Shown: positions 55,563 through 64,000 of the stretch, piece by piece
Numbering within the stretch: the stretch's first letter is position 1
How the letters are laid out: each line of letters begins with the position of its first letter
From: Bugula neritina
Taxonomy: Eukaryota > Animalia > Bryozoa
Assembly (NCBI GenBank): GCA_964035545.1
Contig: OZ037768.1
Location: 18,769,700 to 18,833,699, forward strand
DNA length: 64,000 nucleotides
Direction of reading: 5' to 3'
Translations under genes and position numbers: made by a program
The notes under the pieces: model-generated
Told to the model about the DNA's origin: nothing
What the model saw: only the letters and a program-made list of their open reading frames with translations
The model's database searches: none

Positions 55563-58015
55563 TGCACCTGATTTGATTACGTCTCTTATATATATTACAT
55601 ATTTGACAATTTTGAGTGTGTGTTAGCGTGTTGAAGTGTTAGTGGTGCGTGCGTTTGCGCGTGTGTGTGTGTGTGTGTGCATGCATGTGTGCGTGTGTGT
55701 GTGTGTTTGTGTGTTTGTGTGTTTGCACATGTGCATAACAATATTTTTTGAATATTTCTCTTTATTTCTCTCACTTTCAGTTACACAAGTGACTGGTGTG
55801 CATTTTTTATGTATGTTGGCATCATATTATTAATATAAACTAATATTAATATGTTCTGCATTATTATTATATAAATAAAATATATTATAAAAAATATATT
55901 TGGCTATTTATTTTATACAGTTGAGTATTTAGTAGGTATGTGATATAATCTGGTATAGCCCAAAAGTATACAGAAATTTGTAATTGAAATATTATAATAC
56001 ATGCAGTAGCTATGTGGCGTTCATGAACAATGTATCAGTTTGTATCATTTGATAATTTTTCAGCAATAAGTTTGTCATCAACCAGACTGAGAGTATACAA
56101 ACTTTGTATATTAATGGCAAAGAAGTTGAAGTATGATTTGGCTGCATACAAACATGGAGTGTAATATATGTCACTACTACCACACTATAACCATTCATAT
56201 AATCTTCAGCATGATAACAGGAATTAATAAATGCAAATAATTGCAAAGCACACAGTGGAAGGATTTTACAGTAGCACATCCTACTATACATTTAGGCCTA
56301 TGTTGGACATTGTGCATATTATAGTAGACTGCATAATTCACTGCGTTGGAGTTGTCTCACCCTAACTTAATACTTTACAAGTGGTAAATCCGTTATTTAA
56401 ATACCTGTTCTGCTGGCTGTTTTTGCTCGACGAACATGCATACAGAAATATTATTTCTACCATATAAGACCTACCTTAACAGAAGTTTCAATAAACATCA
56501 ATACTAGAAGCACATAATATTTCATTTTATTATCACTTTAAACATAAAGGTGAACATCATAGAATGCAGAGAGACTGCATTTATTCACATATATAGTCGA
56601 TGCCAATACGATGTTTCAATAGTATTACTTTAGAATATGGAAGCCATCTTGTGTTTCAGTTAAATTATAGAAATTTGCAAGTATTTGAATTTAGAGCCAG
56701 TCTGATAAGTTTTCAATAACTATTATAATTCCTCCCCATGCATGCCTCAGATGTATGACTGTAAAATATAACTTCTACTGACTATTAAGAACTCAGCTAT
56801 TTTGTAATGCTTATGGCATCTGACGAAATTTCACCCTAGCCAAGTTCACTTTGAAGATTTTCTATCTAAGCACAACTTGCTATTATAAATCAGTCAATGC
56901 ATCCATTGGCGAAGAGCTAAAACTAGGAAACTGGCATTAATAATCAAATTTGAGCTAGCTTGAGTGACATCAAATGGCAAATTAAGGAGGAAATTTACTC
57001 ATTTATTCAAGTGTGAATAGCAAAAAATCTAATGGTATAAGCATAGACAAATAGTGAAGTAATCTAAAGGGCAGAAACATTTCATTTTTATTACTTTAAT
57101 AACCACTAATTATATATGCATTGATGTGTGTGCATAAAACATAAAACATATTAATTTTTTTCTAAGGTGAAAATATATAATACTGGAAATTATTTTCATA
57201 TTCAAGTATAGAACAGTCCAAAAACTATTGCACTGAACTTCCACTGAAAATCTTCAACAAACATAGTAGAATCACAGCTGCCTGTTGTTAGTTGCTCCTC
57301 TGAAATAATGTGTATGTATAGGTAGCCCTACTTGTCTATTACAACTTTGGCTGCTTTGTGTTGCCCTAATTTTTACACTGGTTTAGCTTATGTATACTTT
57401 GGAAATTACAAAATTGAAAAAATGTAAACATGAATAAATATTTTTAGATGGGAGTTTTTTCAAGTAAACAAATAGTAGATTGTTAGTCAAAGATTTAAAA
57501 TTAAATGCAGTATTTTAAAAAGAAAATAAAATTTCAAATGTAGTTTGCTGTATGTTATAAAGTTGTGCGGCTGGGTGGAATACATACTTCGCAGTTTTAA
57601 TTTCAGATTTCAAGTAAGCTTGCTTGTTTGAATAATATAGAATTATGACATGCCAGCAGTTCTTTTAGAGAAAAGATTGAAACTATAAAAGTTCAACCTA
57701 GAAGTGTGAAAGATTGCTGTTGGTTAGAACGGCTAATTTATCTGTGAGGTTGTGTTATAATTATAATTATAATTATAACTATTTTAATTGAGTTTTGAGT
57801 TAAACTTAATGTTGATGTGGGAATTGATGCTCATTATACGCAAAATAGTATGCTGATGCTGTCAAAAGCTAAGGAATGACTGGCAAAAAGGCCGTTGTCT
57901 ATTCATGTAAGCAATGTTATTTTAATTTGACAATTATTATTTATTTTTTATTTATAACTATATAATGACAACATATTATATTATTTATAGCTAGTAAAAA
58001 CAGATTATTACAACT

Positions 58016-59293
58016 TTATCTTAAAAACTTCTCACAAAAATACTTTTTAACAGATGAACAAGCTCCATCATCCCATTGCAGCCTTTGCCCTTTGGGAATC
58101 ACATAAAGACAATCTTGAATTCCTCTATAGTTGTCAGGTTTGTTATCATACCAATCAGCAACCACTATATCCTTTCTAACATTACCATCCCATTGCCACA
58201 GGCCATGAAATTTTCTACCACCAATCCATATGTATTGATTAGCAAATGACGTCCAATCTGTAGAAGTATTTTTTGATTAGGAAGACATACTAATTTTACT
58301 TCTGTGTAGGAAAACTATATATAATATAGGTTTAATAAAATTCCTCACAAAAGATGACTCACCAGATGCAATTAAACTGAAAGATTTTGAACTTGTTTCT
58401 ACTTCATTCCATAAGCAGTATAATACTATCAGTTTTGTTAACTTCTTATTTTATATTTAATGTAGTAAATAATTGGCATTATAACCATTTATTGCAACTT
58501 ATAATCTAGTAAGCATGTTTATAGGTAATGTGAATAACTGAAAAAATCTTGCTGACTGCAGTAGACCAGATTTTGTTGTTTTTCAAGACAATTCAGTAAA
58601 GTTTAACATTGTTTTAAGTTTATCTCATATTATATCATAAAAAGTTTAAACCTAATCAATAGATTTTAGGCAAAACGAATAACATCTCTAAAATTTGCAC
58701 CATTTCATTTTACAAGTTTCACATTACCTGGGTGAGTTGCCCTCATGTGTTTAACCCAAGAAATGGATTCCAGACTATCCAACACAGCCAGTCTGTCTCC
58801 AGTACTTTGACAGGCAGCTTTTGCATTGTCCCAGGTTGTTTGCTGAGTGCTGATGTTGAAGCATGACATAGAATGAGGGTTGTATAGATAACCCATCGGA
58901 CATGACAAAGCATCTGGAAATCAAGCAAATATTTAATGTATACTGCGTGTATATTTGTATACATTAAATATTTGTATATGCGTGTATACAAAATTTTATA
59001 TAGCAATTCTGTGCTATTCTTTGTCTAAATAATTCATTTAAACTAGTAAGAATACAAAAGTTGTGACTTTAATACTTGCTCTATATGGTCTCTTGTATAA
59101 ATAAACCCTCCTAGATACTAATAATCTAGAGTTATAGTAAATTATTTAGGTATAGGTATATTATATTATTATATAATAATATAATAAAATCTGTATATTG
59201 CTTACCTTCACATGCTGACCAGCTCACACCAGTACAGGCAGCAACACACACTGCCAGAACTACACAGACCAGAACACATGTTCTGGTATTCAT
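58016..59293 (-). CDS. Secreted single-domain C-type lectin (exons 59293-59206, 58913-58728, 58257-58016)
   Basis: Signal peptide MNTRTCVLVCVVLAVCVAACTG; long-form CTLD: CPMGY..SCF..TWDNAKAAC...LAVL; WIGG, WQWDG, WYDNKPDN, QDCL, WDDGAC, YFCEK-stop. Both introns are phase 1 GT-AG. Confidence 0.92.
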
Positions 59294-59381
59294 GTTCAGA
59301 TAACTATTTGAATGTCTGCTTGAACATCGATCATCAGTTTACAACTTCTGAACTCTACTTTTGTGATACAATTGTATTTCC

Positions 59382-59418
59382 TTTATACCTAATTTTTTAG
59401 AGATAGCCTTGTGATTGG
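59382..59418 (-). promoter_or_regulatory. Putative CCAAT + TATA core promoter of the lectin gene
   Basis: AGCCAATCAC followed by TATAAA about 90 nt upstream of the ATG; both are conserved in the paralogue (about 6995-7034 on +). Confidence 0.5.
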
Positions 59419-59574
59419 CTAATATTTTTATGTTTCAAAGAAGCTGCAAGGACTGCATGTTAGGCTCTTAATATCCACATGCATATTGCAAAAAGAAAAT
59501 TAATGTTTATATACTTGATGGTTTAATGTTTATAAAACTTACATTTCTATACTCAAACAAAATAGAATTGTTAT

Positions 59575-59765
59575 AGGGCGCAGTGGTGGTCTAGGGATTA
59601 GAGTGTTTGCGTAGCTAACACGAAGTCATGGGTTCACATCCTGACAAAGGCCATTGTTAATGTTAAAAAAAACACCCATTCATAATTGCTCCTGTGCCAC
59701 ATATGAATTAGTTCTTAGCCCTATTTAACAAAAAACCTTTTCATCAGCAGTTTTCTCACAGGATA
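59575..59765 (+). mobile_element. tRNA-derived SINE (same family), in the lectin upstream region
   Basis: GTGGTCTAGGGATTAG..GGTTCACATCC..TTTTCTCACAGGAT; absent at the matching position of the left paralogue (about 6850). Confidence 0.72.
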
Positions 59766-60149
59766 AGTGTTTTGTAATAGAAATTATTATATTTTGCTTT
59801 TCATTAGCAATATGACAATTTTTAAGAGCATATATTTTAATTGAAAATGTACTATTAAAACTGATTTTTATTTGTTTATTTCGTGAATTAGGCTAATCAT
59901 TGTTCAAGTTTATTAATGAAGAATCGCATACTTTACAGCACATTGCATTATGTATAAATATACAGTGGAATAGATATGAATTAAGTTGTCTTTGTCTATT
60001 AGTATATCCGCATTCTTCTATAGTCATATAAGGTTTAAGTAAATTGTGATGTCTCAGAATTTGAACAGAAAGTTTTAATTTTTAACACTTAGTACTATTT
60101 TTACATTTTATATCATTTTAGCAATTCTTAATTTCTTCATTCAAATTTT

Positions 60150-63100
60150 TATAATTTTCAAAATAATTTTCTTTCAGTGTCGCAAATGAGCAATATTATC
60201 TTAAAGTGCTTCACTAGCTGTTAGAAATTTATAAAGTGACAAATATAGTTTTATTTATTGCATGTTTCAGTGTATTGCAGGTTACTTTCTCAACACAATC
60301 CTCTAAACCATTATACAGCTATTTTATCAATTTACCTGCAAAAAGTTGTTGCTGTTAAATTGCTTACGTACAGTTTTTGCTTTCCTATAAATATCAAAAC
60401 ATTTCCAACAAAATCATTTGCACAATTTTGCTAGGTTCAAGTCTTATATTATAAATTATACTAAATCAGATTATAAAATTAAATCATTAAATAAAATTCA
60501 AACAAAATTATGTAATAATTAGTTGCTATTCAGACTATAAAGGGACTCATACCAATCATACTACAAATTGGGTCTCTGAGCTGGTAACTCACTGCATGCA
60601 GAACTTATGTTGTGTAATTTCACAGGGTATAAACCATGCAAAGCCAGCCAATCAGGAGAGGATACCAATTCTTTGATATTTGTTCAATATAACTTAAGTG
60701 TAAAACTAGGCAAGTTTAACTGCAAGTTTCATGCTTCTGAAAAATGATTAGAGATTGTCTTCTTTCGCATCCTAATTTTGTAATCAAGTCGTGATGATAT
60801 GTCTGCTCTATAAGCCATGATGATATTAAATAACAGGAGTTTTATAAACTTATTATACTAAATAAAGGATTTTGGACTTTAAGGTTTCACTGCTACATTG
60901 TGGTAATGCTCAGTATTATATATTATTCTGAGATATTCAATAAACAAAAGTTATCTCCTTATCTTTGACTATTTGTCTACATGCTGCTCTTTACAATAAA
61001 ACTATCAACTAGATATTATACAGCTGCCTTTAATGCATCTAGTTTCATCAAAAAGCACAGTAGTATATGTAGCCTACAGCGAGAAAGCTATAAAGCATAC
61101 ATATGTGTATAAAGTTTTTTCAACTAAGAATTCCAATTTTTAACTTATCCTCTTGTCAAAAGAATAAACTATTTACTAGACATTGCCAACATGCGTTGAG
61201 GGCTGGCCTCAAGCTCGTGAAAATCACACAAGAATCGTGTGACGATTTTCATGAGTGATCTTTCGTTATGACCAGCCACACACTCGTCGAACGAAACGCA
61301 TAATAAATAGTCCGTGAATGGGTCTTGACGAGATACAAACAGCAGAAAATTACCAGACACAGAAACGTGGTAGAAATGAAATAATCACTATTGCTAAAAT
61401 TCTATTGGCCAATCAAATGGTGCTTATCGTTTTATTTGCGATTTTTTTTTCGTCCATCGTCTTCCTTGAGTACACCCAACAAAGACAATTTCGTTTGAAT
61501 TCCCTCAAATTTGATTGTACGTTTGTGTTTTTGTGTCAAATAGACGATTTCGTGTGATTCTCATGAGCATGAGCCAGGCCTTTCACCATTCACTAAGTTC
61601 AACAAATTTATGTGTCCCAATGCATTATAAGTTTAAAATAATTCTGTTTTCTTGTTGATTTGACGGGTGTTTTGCTTATTTTTCACCCCTTCAATAAGAT
61701 TGTTCAGTTAGAAGATGAAATCAGCTAGACAAACATGCAGATGATTAAATTATCACTCAGCCATTGTTGTCAAATACAATGTGCTCATTACAAGTTAAAG
61801 TCCATTCATATTCTGTTAGTGAACATTTAAATGCTATTAGTCTTTATCTATTCCACAGGCTGATTGAAGAAAGATAAATAATTTAACTGTTTAAAGTAAA
61901 AAATTGGATGTGAACAATTGATTTATTTGGTTTGAGAATATAAGTCGACCAAACTAAACGTATTGTTTTATTGGGAAGATGTTACTTAATAATTTTTTCA
62001 GCAGCTTTTCTCATGACTCTGTAGGCCTGTCAAAGCTATAGTACTTGTTTCTGATAGGTTGATTAACTGTCTCATATTCTGAACACATACTATATATAGA
62101 ATATGAAAATGGCTTAAGTATTATATACCTACATGATTGCAACATATGAAAAAAATAATTCCAATTTATTTGAGAGCAGAGCTAGCTTAAAAATTCTTAT
62201 TTCAATGTTGCAAATAAGCAATATGACTTTGACACATGCTTCAGTTTTAATTCTCTCGGCCAATGTTGGAAATCTATTAAGTAGCAATTTTATAGCTTTA
62301 CTTATTGCATGTTTCAGTGTATTGTAGCTAATTTTTTTCAATTTAACCCTCTAAACCATTATACATACAGTTATTTTCATCAATTTGCCTTCAAAAAATT
62401 ATTGCTGTTAAATTGCTTTTGTACAGTTTCTGCTTTCCTGTAAATATAAAAATATTTCTATCAAAATCATTTGCACAATTTTGCTAGGTTCAGATGCTGC
62501 TTTCTATATTAAAAGTATCTTTGCAACTAAATATCATGCAGTTGCAGCTCTTCATGCATCTAATATAATTAGGAAGTGCATTAGAATGTATATATAGTGA
62601 GAAAGCATATATCTGTGCATAAGTCTTTTTTCAACTTTATATAATTCAGAGTCTTAACTTATCTTTTTATCAAAAGAATAAACTATTTACAAAAATAAAA
62701 TGAATAATGCCAACGTTTCAAAGATAGTCATTGACTAAGTTCAGCAAATTCATTTGTCCCAATGTATTATAACTTAAAAATAATTCTGTTTTCTTGCTGA
62801 TTTGATGGATGTTTTGCTTATTTTTCAACATTCAATACGATTGTTCAGTTATAGATGGTGAAACCATGCAGCTGGCTGCTAGTTAATCAGATGATTAAAT
62901 TATCACTCAACCATTAAGTTGTCAAATACAATTTGCTCATTACAAGTTAAAGTTCATTCATATTCTTTTAGTGAACATTTAAATGCAATTAGTCCTTATC
63001 TATTCTACAGGCTGATTGAAGAAAGATGAGTAATTTATCTGTTATAAAAGTAAAAAATTGGATGTGAACAATTGATTCATTTGGTTTGAGAATATAAGTC

Positions 63101-63337
63101 AACCAAATTAAACGTATTGTTCTATTGGAAAAATGTTACTTATAAATTTTGTCAGCAACTTTTCTCATGACTCTGTAGACCTGTCAAAGCTATAGTGTTT
63201 GTTTCTGATAGGTTGATTAACTTTCTCATATTCTAAACACATACTATATATAGAATATGAAAATGGCTTAAGTATACCTACGTGAAAAAAATGAAAAAAG
63301 TATTTCCAATTTATTTGAGAGCAGAGCTCGCTTAAAA
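60150..63337. repeat. Diverged tandem duplication (units about 60150-62190 and 62191-63337)
   Basis: 61591-62191 repeats at 62733-63337; 61030-61175 resembles 62555-62690; 60240-60440 resembles 62285-62490. The first unit is lengthened by insertions. Confidence 0.8.
61199..61581. mobile_element. MITE, possibly PIF/Harbinger-like
   Basis: About 38-bp imperfect TIRs (AGGGCTGGCCTCAAGCTCGTGAAAATCACAC / GTGTGATTCTCATGAGCATGAGCCAGGCCT); absent from the tandem paralogue at about 62690-62733. Confidence 0.68.
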
Positions 63338-63911
63338 TAAAATAATATGTAACGAAACTTTGACAAAAGAAACTAATCTTAGCGAAATAAATTGTTTTGG
63401 TAGATAAACTTTCTGAGCTATCTAAATTATGTTTTGTAAGTAAGAGTTATATTAACAGGTATTATATACAGCCCTCTGCCAGAACAAAATAATGGGCTGG
63501 TTAATGATTGTATCAGTTCATTTCTTGAAATGTGTGAAGACTGATTATACCACTTTTCTTGAGCATTTAACAGATTTTTTTCATATTATACTGTACAATA
63601 TGTTGCATATGCAGACTTAAACATTATATAAGGAGAAATAAAAACAAGAATTTTCTCAGCAGATACACCGTTATTAGGATGCTTTTGTCTTTTTACAATA
63701 GTGCAAAACATTGCAATTCAATTTTGAAAAACTAAAAGAAATATTTTGAGTTATTTGAGTTTTATTTGTTTTATTTTATTTTATTTGTTATTTTGTTATA
63801 ATCAAATATATTATAACTCAAACTAGAACCATGCACTTGTAATAAGTTCACTTACCTTATTTGTATTCAAATATTGGCTTACTTATGTTGTTGTTATGAA
63901 AAACTTACACT

Positions 63912-64000
63912 AGTTTATAGTCACCATCCCTGTGAGAAAACCCGTGATGTAAAAGGGTCTTTGGTAAATCGGGCTAAAGACTTAATATTAAGATGAAGCA
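63912..64000 (-). mobile_element. 3' end of a further SINE copy (runs off the window)
   Basis: AGTTTATAGTCACCATCCCTGTGAGAAAACCC is the reverse complement of the SINE tail at 48550-48578. Confidence 0.7.

Noticed and set aside
61590-63337. Possible small exons in the tandem duplication (e.g. ttctacag|GCTGATTGAAGAAAGATGA|gtaat)
   Set aside because: No consistent reading frame, and the splice sites are not conserved between the two units.

Overview
AT-rich, intron-containing animal (invertebrate-type) genomic DNA that looks like a rearranged innate-immunity locus. (1) A multi-exon RNF213/mysterin-like AAA+ ATPase/E3 ligase gene on + (about 22695-52141). Its 5' half is not in the window, it has an extra RING-like exon inside the AAA module, and it has changes at catalytic positions. 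(2) Three intact copies of an unrecognised 3-exon Ser-rich gene with a basic/Cys-rich C-terminal tail. (3) One intact and one pseudogenised C-type lectin. (4) Inverted and tandem segmental duplications; one of them copies the RNF213-like terminal exon to the far left of the window. (5) Mobile DNA: a decayed Mag-like Ty3/Gypsy element with LTRs and TSD, a decayed Academ (XPG-type) DNA transposon with TIRs and TSD, a 5'-truncated Penelope-like element in a (TA)n tract that carries a type I hammerhead ribozyme, tRNA-derived SINEs and several MITEs. Exon boundaries and translations were read by hand. Comparisons with human RNF213 and with transposon families rest on recalled motifs, not on a database search.
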